Assembly (NCBI GenBank): GCA_963761335.1
Contig: CAVXGR010000017.1
Coordinates: forward strand, 32,001-96,000
Direction: 5' to 3'
Length of the DNA: 64,000 bases
Origin: an uncultured delta proteobacterium
GTDB taxonomy: Bacteria; Desulfobacterota; Binatia; HRBIN30; BPIQ01
A program made the position numbers and the translations under genes. Each line of letters begins with the position of its first letter. Position 1 is the stretch's first letter. The notes below the pieces were generated by a model, which was not told the DNA's origin, ran no database searches, and worked only from the letters and a program-made list of their open reading frames with translations. This document shows positions 49,098 to 57,976 of this stretch, in pieces.

Positions 49098-49835
49098 ATG
49101 GGATTCACGACGCCGCAGGCTCTGACTGCCGGTGAGTTTCTCGATGAGTGCATCGCCTTCAAACGCGATCACGGTCCGAAGAGCCGCTTCCTGCGGGCTC
49201 TGGTCGCCGGCAAGCTCGACGCGCCCCAGGTGAAGGCCTGGGCGATCGACTTCTACTACTACGTCGAGCCGGCGATCCCCACCATTGCCGCCTGGCTCGC
49301 CGCGGCGCCGACCTTGCCGGACCGCTCCGTCTACCAGCTCGTCGCCCGGAATCTCGCCGGCGAGATGGGATACATCCGCGAGGCGGAGCACTACCAGCTC
49401 TACCTGCAGTTCCTCGAGGGCCTCGGCACCTCGCGGGCGGAGGCCGAGGAGCATCTGCCGCTACCCGGCACCATCGGCGCTGCGGCGGCCATGGGCTACT
49501 ACTGCCGTAGCTCCTTCGAGGAGGGTCTCGGGGCCTTCGGCCTGGCCGTCGAGATGGACGTGCCCGGCCGGGCCAACGGCGCCAAGTTCATTTTCGACGG
49601 CCTGCGGTCGCACTACCGCATCGACGCCAAGGCGCTCGAGTTCTGGGAGATTCACGTCGCCGCCGAGGAGGAGCACGGCGACAACGCCGTGCGCGCTCTG
49701 CAGCATTGCGGCCAGACGATCGAGCAACAGGCGCGCATTCGCCGCGCCTTCCGCTTCAGCGTTCTGGCGCATACCGCCATGACCGAGGGATACGACTGTC
49801 TTCTCGACCGCCCGCCGGCAAACGGCGCGCCCTAG
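49098..49835 (+). CDS. Heme-oxygenase-like dimetal protein (CADD/PqqC/TenA superfamily)
   Basis: RBS GGGAGG; NLAGEMG...EHYQLY, LAVE, FWEIHVAAEEEHG. Confidence 0.85.
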   Translation: MGFTTPQALTAGEFLDECIAFKRDHGPKSRFLRALVAGKLDAPQVKAWAIDFYYYVEPAIPTIAAWLAAAPTLPDRSVYQLVARNLAGEMGYIREAEHYQLYLQFLEGLGTSRAEAEEHLPLPGTIGAAAAMGYYCRSSFEEGLGAFGLAVEMDVPGRANGAKFIFDGLRSHYRIDAKALEFWEIHVAAEEEHGDNAVRALQHCGQTIEQQARIRRAFRFSVLAHTAMTEGYDCLLDRPPANGAP

Positions 49836-49843
49836 GAGGTTCC

Positions 49844-50074
49844 ATGGGACTGTGGAGATCGCTGCGCCGCGGCGGCAAGAACGAGCCGCCCGCCAAGGAC
49901 ACCGGCGAGGAAAAGCCGAGAGAAGCGGAGGAAACCCCGGAGCCCAGTGCCACGCCGCTGCCCGTGGAGCCGTTCGTCTTCGAGTGCCGCGTCTGCCACA
50001 AGGTCTTCGAAGCGCGCCGCAAGCATCCGCCCTGCCCGGAGTGCGGCAGCGACGACGTCGAGGAGATGGACTGA
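49844..50074 (+). CDS. Small Zn-ribbon protein (FmdB/HypA-like CxxC...CPxCG)
   Basis: RBS AGGAGG overlapping the upstream stop; FECRVCHKVFE...CPECGS. Confidence 0.8.
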   Translation: MGLWRSLRRGGKNEPPAKDTGEEKPREAEETPEPSATPLPVEPFVFECRVCHKVFEARRKHPPCPECGSDDVEEMD

Positions 50075-50083
50075 AGCGGCGCC

Positions 50084-50902
50084 TCAGCGCAGCTTCCACT
50101 TGGGCCGCTGGCCCGAGGCGAACGCCTTCTGCCCTTCGCGCAGCGATTCGGTGTTGGTGCCGAGACCAATGAAGGCGTAGCCGAGGGCGAGCGCCTGCGA
50201 GCGCGACATCTCGCGCGCCGCCCACAGGGCGCGCAGCGTCCCTTGCACGGCCAGCGCAGGCTGGGAGGCGATGGCCTCGGCGGCCCATGCCGCCGCGCCG
50301 CGCAGCTTGTCGGCGGCGACCACCTCCGACACCAGGCCGATCTCGTGGGCGCGGCGCGCCGACATGCGCTCGTGATTGCCCAGCAGCGAGAGACGCATGA
50401 TCTCGTGGAACGGCATCTTCTGCGCCATGTGTATCGGCTCGAAAGCGGCGGTCATGCCGTAGGTCACGTGCGGATCGAAGAAGGTGGCGTGCTCGGCGGC
50501 GATGATGAACTCCACCTCGCCGAGCATGTAGAAGGCGCCGCCGCAGGCCATGCCGTTCACCGCGGCGATCACCGGCTTCCACAGGTCGCAGGACTTCGGC
50601 CCGAGATTGGCGCCGGGGTCGTCGAACATGAACGGCGTCGAGGCGGCACCGACCGTGCGCGGCCGCGAGCCACCGGCATCTCCCATGGTCTCGGTGCGAT
50701 CGATTCCGGTGCAGAAGGCCTTCTCTCCGGCGCCGGACAATACCACGGCACGCACCGCATCGTTGCGCCGCAGGCTGCGCCACAGGTCGTGGAGCTCCTG
50801 CTGCATGCGGGCATTGAAAGCGTTGTGCACCTCGGGGCGGTTGAGGGTCACCCAGGCGACGCCGTTGCTCTCCTCGTACAGCAGGGTTTCGTACTGGCTC
50901 AC
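50084..50902 (-). CDS. Enoyl-CoA hydratase/isomerase family protein
   Basis: TLNRPEVHNA, AFCTGID, KPVIAAVNG.ACGG. Confidence 0.92.
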   Translation of the reverse strand: MSQYETLLYEESNGVAWVTLNRPEVHNAFNARMQQELHDLWRSLRRNDAVRAVVLSGAGEKAFCTGIDRTETMGDAGGSRPRTVGAASTPFMFDDPGANLGPKSCDLWKPVIAAVNGMACGGAFYMLGEVEFIIAAEHATFFDPHVTYGMTAAFEPIHMAQKMPFHEIMRLSLLGNHERMSARRAHEIGLVSEVVAADKLRGAAAWAAEAIASQPALAVQGTLRALWAAREMSRSQALALGYAFIGLGTNTESLREGQKAFASGQRPKWKLR

Positions 50903-51024
50903 TGTCGTTCCTCGTTGGCGGGTTCTAATCGCTTCGGCGCGCCAGCGTCAAACGCGGCGGCACATGCGCCTGCGCCCCTGCGGGTCGCTGATCTGAACGA
51001 CGGGACGCCGTTCCCCGGGTTTGC

Positions 51025-51135
51025 GAGGCTGTCGCAAGACCCGGGCAAAACGATTCCGCCCGCGAGTAGAAGCGGCGTCTCGCCGCTTCGGAAAGCGCCG
51101 GGACGGCGCTTCTACTCCGGTTTTGAGACAGCCTC
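51025..51135. mobile_element. MITE-like element with 17-bp terminal inverted repeats and TTGC target-site duplication
   Basis: GAGGCTGTCGCAAGACC / GGTTTTGAGACAGCCTC (15/17 match), flanked by TTGC at 51021-24 and 51136-39. Confidence 0.75.
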
Positions 51136-51230
51136 TTGCGCCCGGGGCAACGCCCGTCGGCCTTCCTCAACACGGCGCGCAACCCGCAGAGTTGCCTGTC
51201 CCCGCCTGCGGGCACGGGAAGAAAGGAAAC

Positions 51231-51515
51231 CTAAACGCTCACCCGGCAGGGAGTGACCTCGATCTTCTTCCACACCCCGCCGGTGACGTAGGGGTCGCGC
51301 TTGATCCAGGCGTCGACGGCGGCGCGGTCGGGGAGGTCGACGAGACAGGCGGAGCCGATCATGCGGCCGTCGTCGCCGAGCAGGGCGGCGCCGTAGAGCA
51401 TCTGGCCGGCGGCCTTCATCGCCGTGGCGGCGGCGAGGTGGGCGTCGCGCGCCGCCTGGCGCCGTGCCGGCGCCTCGGGGTCGGTGCCGTCGTAGCCGAT
51501 CACCAGGAACTGCAT
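51231..51515 (-). CDS. YciI family protein
   Basis: R...RDAHL, GAAL, IGS, DPYV.GGVW. Confidence 0.92.
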   Translation of the reverse strand: MQFLVIGYDGTDPEAPARRQAARDAHLAAATAMKAAGQMLYGAALLGDDGRMIGSACLVDLPDRAAVDAWIKRDPYVTGGVWKKIEVTPCRVSV

Positions 51516-51519
51516 GAGA

Positions 51520-52287
51520 TCATTTTCCCTTCTTCTTGGCTGAGGTCGTGGTGCGAGCGCCTTTCTCGGCTGCCTTGTGCAGGAGGACCGCCATCGGACT
51601 GGATTGATCCGTGACCAGGTCGGCGGCGGTCATGCCCTTCAGGTTGCGCGCTTGAAGATCCGCGCCCTTGTCGATCAGCAGCTGTGCCATCTGCAGCTGG
51701 TTGTCCTCGGCGGCGATGTGCAGCGGTGTCGCCTGGTAGCGGTTGCGCGCATTGACGTCGGCGTGGTGCTTGATCAGCAGGCGCGCGATGTCCACGTGCC
51801 CCTCCTCGGCGCTGATGTGCAGCGGTGTGGCGTCGTACACGTTGCGCGCATCGACAGCGGCGCCGTGTTTCAGGAGCATCTCGACGACCCGCGCGTTATC
51901 GGCGGTGACCGCGAAGTTCAGCGGTGTCGCCGCCGAGTCGTTGCGCGCATCGACGGTGGCGCCCTTGTCGAGGAGGAGCTCGACGATCTCCAGCCGCCCC
52001 TGCTGCACACCGATGTGCAGGGGCGTGGCCGCGAAGCGGTTGCGCGCGTTCACCTCTGCGCCGTGGGCGATCAGGAAGGCGACCATCTGAGGCGTTCCCG
52101 CGAATGCGGCCCAGTGCAGGGGCGAGTCGCCGTTGGCGTCGCTGGCGTTGACGTCGGCGCCGCCGTCGACGAGTCGCTGGACCTGCTTCAGATCGCTGGC
52201 ACGCGCCGCGTCTCCGAGAGGCGAGGCGATGCAGGCGGTGGAGGAGAGCAGGGCGATGGCGGCGGCTGCGGCAAAGGCGCGTAACAT
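51520..52287 (-). CDS. Secreted ankyrin-repeat protein
   Basis: Signal peptide; about six 33-aa repeats TPLH.A...G...LL..GA.VNARN. Confidence 0.93.
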   Translation of the reverse strand: MLRAFAAAAAIALLSSTACIASPLGDAARASDLKQVQRLVDGGADVNASDANGDSPLHWAAFAGTPQMVAFLIAHGAEVNARNRFAATPLHIGVQQGRLEIVELLLDKGATVDARNDSAATPLNFAVTADNARVVEMLLKHGAAVDARNVYDATPLHISAEEGHVDIARLLIKHHADVNARNRYQATPLHIAAEDNQLQMAQLLIDKGADLQARNLKGMTAADLVTDQSSPMAVLLHKAAEKGARTTTSAKKKGK

Positions 52288-52338
52288 GGGCGATGATAGT
52301 CGCCGGTCAGTTGCGGACGCAAGGACGGTTCGGCAGGC

Positions 52339-53277
52339 TCAGCCGTGGCGGGCCAGAGCTTCGCGCAGCGCGTGCATGTCGCGAAACATGGCGCCGGTGT
52401 CGATGGGGGTGTCGTCGGGCTCGCCGCGCAGCTCGCGATAGGCGCGGGCGACATTGAAGATCAGTCGTTCCGGCTCGGTCCATCCGGCGTAGGGCCCCAG
52501 ATCGATGCGCTTGGCCGCCTCCAGAACCGTCAGGCCGGCGTCGAAGAATCGCTTCGACTCCGCCTGCACGTACTGCAGGTACTCCTTCATCTCCCGCGGT
52601 CCCTCGGCACCGCAGATCGGACCGTGGCCCGGGATCACCGCGTCGGGCTGCAGCGCGATGATGCGATCGAGAGCCGACGTCCATTTTGCGAAGCTGCCCT
52701 CCCAGCCGATCGGCGTGCACAGGCGGAAGAGAACGTCTCCGGTGAAGACGACGCGCTGCTGCGGCAGATGGACGATGACGTCTCCCTGGGTGTGCGCCGG
52801 GCCCACGTAGATCATCTCCACGTCGATGCCGTCGAGGTCGAGGCTCAGGCGCTCGTCGATGAGCGTCGTCGGCGGTCGCAGCTCGATTTCAGAAAAATCC
52901 CACGGCTCCAGCGCGCGGGCGAGCTCTGCCACGGCGGGGTTGTGACTGCTGGTGGCCGAGCGCAGCGCCTGCATCGCCTGTGGCTGCTCGGTGGCCATGG
53001 CTGCGGCGCAGAGGCGGTGGCCGATGATCTCGGCGCCGGTGAACAGCTGGTTTCCCCAGCAGTGATCGCCGTTGTGGTGGGTGTTCAGCACCCGCCGGGC
53101 CGGCTCCTTCCAGACGCGGGAGTACTGGGCGATGAGCTCGCGGGTGTGCGGCAGGTCCCAGAAGGTGTCGATAACGAACCCGCCGCCGCGGTTGATCAGC
53201 CCCGAGTTGCTGGTGCCCAGGCCGCGATCCTCCTGCAGGCAGGCGTACACGTCCGTTGTGATCTGCGCTAGCTCCAT
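52339..53277 (-). CDS. MBL-fold metallo-hydrolase (cyclase/glyoxalase-II-like)
   Basis: SNSGLI, NTHHNGDHCWGN, AHTQGD, FTGD, IPGHGP. Confidence 0.9.
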   Translation of the reverse strand: MELAQITTDVYACLQEDRGLGTSNSGLINRGGGFVIDTFWDLPHTRELIAQYSRVWKEPARRVLNTHHNGDHCWGNQLFTGAEIIGHRLCAAAMATEQPQAMQALRSATSSHNPAVAELARALEPWDFSEIELRPPTTLIDERLSLDLDGIDVEMIYVGPAHTQGDVIVHLPQQRVVFTGDVLFRLCTPIGWEGSFAKWTSALDRIIALQPDAVIPGHGPICGAEGPREMKEYLQYVQAESKRFFDAGLTVLEAAKRIDLGPYAGWTEPERLIFNVARAYRELRGEPDDTPIDTGAMFRDMHALREALARHG

Positions 53278-53379
53278 GCCAGGCGCATATCACGAAGGCG
53301 GAGCGAAGGACCAACCAGGTGCCGTAAAGGGGGAACGGAGTGCGCCAGCCATGCCTATGCGTCGCGACGACCTCACGGA

Positions 53380-53458
53380 AGGGGACAGGCACCTTTTCGG
53401 CGGCGAACGCCGAAGGCTTTAGTGAAGTGCCGTTGCGCCGAAAAGGAGCCAGTCCCCT
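53380..53458. repeat. Family B hairpin repeat, intact
   Basis: AGGGGACAGGCACCTTTTCGGCG...CGCCGAAAAGGAGCCAGTCCCCT, directly after a stop codon. Confidence 0.85.
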
Positions 53459-53459
53459 C

Positions 53460-54881
53460 TCACTCGGAGAGCGTTTCCGTGTAGAGGCGGTGGATGTCCT
53501 CGATGTGGCGCTCGAGATCGGCGGGGCGCCAGGCGTGGGTGGGGATCGGCGGATGGACGACCGCCTCGATCGTCGTCGGGCGAATGAAGAAGGCGTGCTT
53601 CGGCAGGGCATCGAGGGCGTTGCGGAAGACGATCGGCACGATGGGGGCGCCGGCGGCCATGGCCAGGTAGAAGGCGCCCTTCTTGAAGCGTCCCAGGCGC
53701 GGAGTCGGGCTGCGCGTTCCCTCGGGAGCGATGACGATGGACAATCCGTCGCGCAGGGCCTCGACCGCGGGCTGCAGCGCCTCGATCGCCTTGGCGCGGT
53801 CGGAGCGGTCGATGAACACGGCTCCGGCGAGCGCGAAGGCGGGACCGAAGATCGGGTTGCGGCGGATCTCCTGCTTGGCGATGCCGACGATGTCGCGGCG
53901 CAAGAGCTTGCAGAGGAGCAGGAAATCGACGCCACTCTGGTGGTTGAAGATGAAGACGGCGGGGCGGTGCGACCACAGATGCTCTTCGCCCGTGACCTGC
54001 AGCTGCAGGCCGGCCAGCGCCGTCCCCAGCTCACCCCAAGTGCCCACGGCGATGTTGACGCCACGGCGCCAGCTGCCGTCGAGCAGCCCCGCCGGCAGGC
54101 CGATGCCGAGCGCCGGCAGCAGGCTCCCGGCGGCGAGCACGGTGCGGGCGACGTCGCCCGCACCGGGCGTCCCGCGGCTGGTGAAGCGGCGCGTCGCCCA
54201 GCCGCGGGCCCGAGAGATCTCCAGCAGGCGGCGGTTCGGGTTCGTGGGCCGCGGCTTGCCGACGATGTCCAGCAAGGGCAGATCGTCGTCGCTGTCGGTG
54301 TAGAAGTAGCTCTGCGCCAGGTCGACGCGTTTGCGGCGGGCGAAGCGCCGCGCCGCCGTCGCCTTGCCCTCCCCAAAGCACGTGGGCCGCAGGAACTCGC
54401 CGGTGAACACGCCGCGGCGCACCTGCAGTCGCGTGCACATGATCTCTTCAATCTCGAGGTCGCGGGCGAGCGGCTCGATCTGATAACGGGTCGCCGAGGA
54501 GACCACCGCCAGCGTGTGCCCCTTGCGGCGGTGCGCCTGCACCAGCGCGCGCGACTCCGGGTAGACGTCGGCGGCGAGCCGATCGGTGAACAGGCGCTCG
54601 CCGATCTCGATCATCTCTTTCTCGCTGCGGCCGCGCAGCATGCCCGCGGTGCCGGCGACGAAGCCGGAGAAGCTCAGGCGCTTCAGCTGGAACAACGCCA
54701 TCGCCACCGCCGCATCGCTCAGCTCGCGAACCGTCATGCGGCGCTTGAGGATGCTGTCCTGGAAGAACGCCGCCGCCGAGAAGCCCGCCAGCAGCGTCCC
54801 GTCGACGTCGAAGAAGGCGCCAATGCGAGGCCCAGCGGGCCCTTCTTCGATCTCGCGCGTCAGTGCGGCGTGGAGCGCCAT
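53460..54881 (-). CDS. HAD-IB hydrolase / 1-acylglycerol-3-phosphate acyltransferase fusion
   Basis: FFDVDGTL, YTDSDDDLPLL; NHQSGVD, FIDR, PEGTRS, FKKGAF. Confidence 0.92.
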   Translation of the reverse strand: MALHAALTREIEEGPAGPRIGAFFDVDGTLLAGFSAAAFFQDSILKRRMTVRELSDAAVAMALFQLKRLSFSGFVAGTAGMLRGRSEKEMIEIGERLFTDRLAADVYPESRALVQAHRRKGHTLAVVSSATRYQIEPLARDLEIEEIMCTRLQVRRGVFTGEFLRPTCFGEGKATAARRFARRKRVDLAQSYFYTDSDDDLPLLDIVGKPRPTNPNRRLLEISRARGWATRRFTSRGTPGAGDVARTVLAAGSLLPALGIGLPAGLLDGSWRRGVNIAVGTWGELGTALAGLQLQVTGEEHLWSHRPAVFIFNHQSGVDFLLLCKLLRRDIVGIAKQEIRRNPIFGPAFALAGAVFIDRSDRAKAIEALQPAVEALRDGLSIVIAPEGTRSPTPRLGRFKKGAFYLAMAAGAPIVPIVFRNALDALPKHAFFIRPTTIEAVVHPPIPTHAWRPADLERHIEDIHRLYTETLSE

Positions 54882-54954
54882 AAGCGGGTGCTCAAGTAAA
54901 CAACGCCGGCGGCGATATTTCAAAGCCTGGAGGAAGCTGGCCAATTTCCCCGTC

Positions 54955-55115
54955 CTCCATTCATTCCCCATTCTCATCCCCGGTTCTCATCCCGTCGTTT
55001 TCCATTCGCTCTGAGAGCTGCGCGCAGGCCAGACCCGTGGGGGTACGCCGCGGCTCTCAGGACAATGGAAAACGACGGGATGAGAACCGGGGATGAGAAT
55101 GGGGAATGGATGGAG
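54955..55115. repeat. Long hairpin copy 1 (52-bp outer stem plus 12-bp inner stem)
   Basis: 54955-55006 pairs with 55064-55115 with one G-U; direct repeat of 55642-55800. Confidence 0.93.
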
Positions 55116-55136
55116 AGGGCAAGGCTCGGACGTACC

Positions 55137-55502
55137 TCAGACGGACCTCCGATCCAGGCGCGATTGCGCCGTGAGCCGAGACTTGCCGATGATTCGGCAA
55201 AGGGCGCCGACCTCGGCGACGAGTTCGCCGACGGCCCGGGGCACCAGCTTCGAGCCCTCTGCAACGCGCAACCAGTAATGGGTCTCTTGCAGCTCCTTGA
55301 GGCTCAGTCCGAGCTTGTGAACGAAATCTCGCTTGCTCTCGGCGCCGCGCGCTTCCTCGTAATTGGCGCCGGAAGAGGTGCCGCTGCGCAGGAGCTGTCC
55401 CGCAATGTGCTTCCCGGTCGTCGTCTCAGGAAGGGCATCGACGATCTCGATGATGCGTACAGCGAGGACGATCAGGCGATCCGATATATCGTCTCCTTTC
55501 AT
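55137..55502 (-). CDS. Four helix bundle protein (23S rRNA IVP / bAvd-like)
   Basis: QLLRSGTSSGANYEEA.GAESKRDFVHKL...LKE..ET.YWL. Confidence 0.93.
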   Translation of the reverse strand: MKGDDISDRLIVLAVRIIEIVDALPETTTGKHIAGQLLRSGTSSGANYEEARGAESKRDFVHKLGLSLKELQETHYWLRVAEGSKLVPRAVGELVAEVGALCRIIGKSRLTAQSRLDRRSV

Positions 55503-55641
55503 GCCCGCCAGATTCAGCATTTTGCATTCCCAGCCGGGGGGTGTCGCCTTCCTCGGGGCATTGGCCGGCGATGTGCTCGGATCGAGTCCAGGGACGACAT
55601 GCCCGTCGCCCCTGCGAGCCGCCCGCCTCCACCATTCTCCT

Positions 55642-55800
55642 TCCATTCATTCCCCGTTCTCATCCCCGGTTCTCATCCCGTCGTCTTCCATTCGCTCTGA
55701 GAGCTGCGCGCAGGCCAGACCCGTGGGGATACGCCGCGGCTCTCAGGACAATGGAAAACGACGGGATGAGAACCGGGGATGAGAACGACGGAATGAAATG
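55642..55800. repeat. Long hairpin copy 2
   Basis: Near-identical to copy 1 at an offset of 686 bp. Confidence 0.93.
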
Positions 55801-55875
55801 CGAAGGCGGGGGCCTTGCTCTATCCTGACGGGGCTCCTATCCTTTCGAGAATTACCTGCAAGGAGAGGGAATCCT

Positions 55876-57072
55876 ATGGGAAAGAAGGTCTACGTGGTCG
55901 GCGTCGGCATGACCAAGTTCGAGAAGCCGGGCTCGCGCGATTGGGACTATCCGCAGATGGCCACCGAGGCGGGCAGCAAGGCGCTCCAGGACGCCGGCGT
56001 CCCCTACGACAGCATCGAGCAGGCCGTGGTCGGCTACTGCTACGGCGACTCGACCTGCGGGCAGCGCGCCGTCTACGGCCTCGGGCTGAGCGGCATCCCG
56101 GTGTACAACGTGAACAACAACTGCTCCACCGGCTCCACGGCGCTGTTCATGGCCAAGCAGTTCATCGAGGGTGGCGTCTCCGAATGCGTCCTCGCGCTCG
56201 GCTTCGAGAAGATGGAGAAGGGCTCCCTCGGGGTGAAGTACACCGACCGCACCAATCCCATGGACAAGCACTTCGAGGTGATGGTGTCGCTGCGCGGCTT
56301 CGCCAAGGCGCCGGCGGCGCCGCAGATCTTCGGCAACGCCGGTCGCGAGCATATGGAGAAGTACGGCAGCACCCCGGAGCAGTTCGCCAAGATCGGCCAC
56401 AAGAACCACAAGCACTCGGTGAACAATCCCTACTCGCAGTTCCAGGCCGAGTACTCCCTGGAGGACATCCTCAAGGCGCCGATGGTGTACGAGCCGCTCA
56501 CCAAGCTGCAGTGCTGCCCGACCTCGGACGGCGCCGGCGCCGCCATCCTCTGCAGCGAAGAGTTCGTCAGGAAGCACAACCTGCAGAAGCACGCGGTGGA
56601 GATCGCCGGCATGGCGATGACCACCGATTTCTCCAGCACCTTCGACACCAAGAGCTGCATCAAGCTGATCGGCTCGGACATGACCCGCAAGGCGGCCGAG
56701 AAGGTGTACGAGCAGTCCGGTTTCGGACCGGAGAACATCGACGTCATCGAGCTTCACGACTGCTTCTCCGCCAATGAGCTGGTCACCTACGAGGCTCTCG
56801 GCCTCTGCGCCGAGGGCAAGGGCGGCGAGCTGATCGACTCCGGCGCCGTCACCTACGGCGGCAAGTGGGTGGTGAACCCGTCGGGCGGCCTCATCTCCAA
56901 GGGGCATCCCCTGGGAGCGACCGGCCTGGCGCAGTGCGCCGAGCTCAACTGGCAGCTGCGCGGTCAGGCGGACAAGCGCCAGGTCCAGGGTGCCAAGGTC
57001 GCCCTGCAGCACAACCTCGGGCTCGGCGGTGCCGCCGTCGTCACCATGTATCGCAAGCCGGACTTCGCGTAG
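55876..57072 (+). CDS. Lipid-transfer protein / SCP-x type thiolase
   Basis: [53 protein letters not shown]. Confidence 0.95.
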   Translation: MGKKVYVVGVGMTKFEKPGSRDWDYPQMATEAGSKALQDAGVPYDSIEQAVVGYCYGDSTCGQRAVYGLGLSGIPVYNVNNNCSTGSTALFMAKQFIEGGVSECVLALGFEKMEKGSLGVKYTDRTNPMDKHFEVMVSLRGFAKAPAAPQIFGNAGREHMEKYGSTPEQFAKIGHKNHKHSVNNPYSQFQAEYSLEDILKAPMVYEPLTKLQCCPTSDGAGAAILCSEEFVRKHNLQKHAVEIAGMAMTTDFSSTFDTKSCIKLIGSDMTRKAAEKVYEQSGFGPENIDVIELHDCFSANELVTYEALGLCAEGKGGELIDSGAVTYGGKWVVNPSGGLISKGHPLGATGLAQCAELNWQLRGQADKRQVQGAKVALQHNLGLGGAAVVTMYRKPDFA

Positions 57073-57085
57073 CGGCGTCGCCGAA

Positions 57086-57157
57086 GGGGACAGGCTACTT
57101 TTGCCCTCAGAAGTCGAACGACCGTAACCTTCCGCCCTGCAAAAGCTGCCTGTCCCC
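57086..57157. repeat. Family B hairpin repeat between convergent genes
   Basis: GGGGACAGGCTACTTTTGC...GCAAAAGCTGCCTGTCCCC. Confidence 0.8.
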
Positions 57158-57169
57158 GCCGCGTCGCGG

Positions 57170-57964
57170 CTACCGCCCCCTGAACACCGGCCGGCGCTTC
57201 TCTTTGATCGCCGCCAGCGCCTCGCGGTGATCCTCGCTCTGGAAGGTCACCAGCTCGAGCGCGGTGGAGGTATCGAAGGCGATGTTGACGGCGTCCTTCA
57301 GAAGCTTGTTCACCGCCAGCTTGGTGTAGCGCACCGCCAGCGGGGCGCCGTCGGCGAGCCGGCGGGCGAAGGCGAGTGCCTCGTCCTGGAGCTGTGCCGC
57401 CGGCACCACCCGGTTGACGAGGCCGATGCGCTCGGCCTCTGCCGCCGCGACCGGGTCGCCGGTCAGCAGGTACTGCTTGGCGCGCGCCGGGCCGAGGGCC
57501 AGGGGCCAGATGGCGACCCCGCCGTCCCCGGCGACGATGCCGACGCGCACGTGGGGATCGCCGATGGTGGCGGTGTCGGCCATGAAGATGACGTCGCACA
57601 GCAGGGCGATCGAGGCTCCCAGGCCCATGGCGTGCCCGTTCACCGCGGCGACGATGGGAATCTCGACGTCGAGCAGATCCCAGATGAGCTGCTTGGCGTC
57701 GCGGCGCAGCGCTTCCAGACGCTCCATCTCGCGCAGCTGCGGAAACCAGTTGAAGTCGCCGCCCGCAGAAAAGGCTCGGCCGCGTCCCGTGAGCACCACG
57801 GCGCGCGCCTCCGACTCGCGGCGCAAAGCCGCGAACAGCGCCGTGAGATCGCGGTGCAGCTGGTCGTCGACGGCGTTGATGTCGCTGCGCGGGTGGGCGA
57901 TGGTGATTCGCAGGACGCCGTCGAGTCGCTCGACCTGCAGCGTGCCGAAGTCGCTGGTCTTCAT
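57170..57964 (-). CDS. Enoyl-CoA hydratase/isomerase family protein
   Basis: AFSAGGD, IVAAVNGHAMGLG, DPHVRVG.VAGDGG. Confidence 0.92.
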   Translation of the reverse strand: MKTSDFGTLQVERLDGVLRITIAHPRSDINAVDDQLHRDLTALFAALRRESEARAVVLTGRGRAFSAGGDFNWFPQLREMERLEALRRDAKQLIWDLLDVEIPIVAAVNGHAMGLGASIALLCDVIFMADTATIGDPHVRVGIVAGDGGVAIWPLALGPARAKQYLLTGDPVAAAEAERIGLVNRVVPAAQLQDEALAFARRLADGAPLAVRYTKLAVNKLLKDAVNIAFDTSTALELVTFQSEDHREALAAIKEKRRPVFRGR

Positions 57965-57976
57965 TGGGTTCGCTCC

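Noticed and set aside
51520..52287. 99-bp periodic DNA repeats
   Set aside because: Fully explained by ankyrin repeats in the coding sequence
55065..55700. 211-aa plus-strand ORF spanning the hairpins
   Set aside because: Antisense to the four-helix-bundle gene, with ends derived from the repeats
54955..55800. Diversity-generating retroelement
   Set aside because: Avd-like gene only; no reverse transcriptase, and the repeats are non-coding hairpins rather than a TR/VR pair in a target gene
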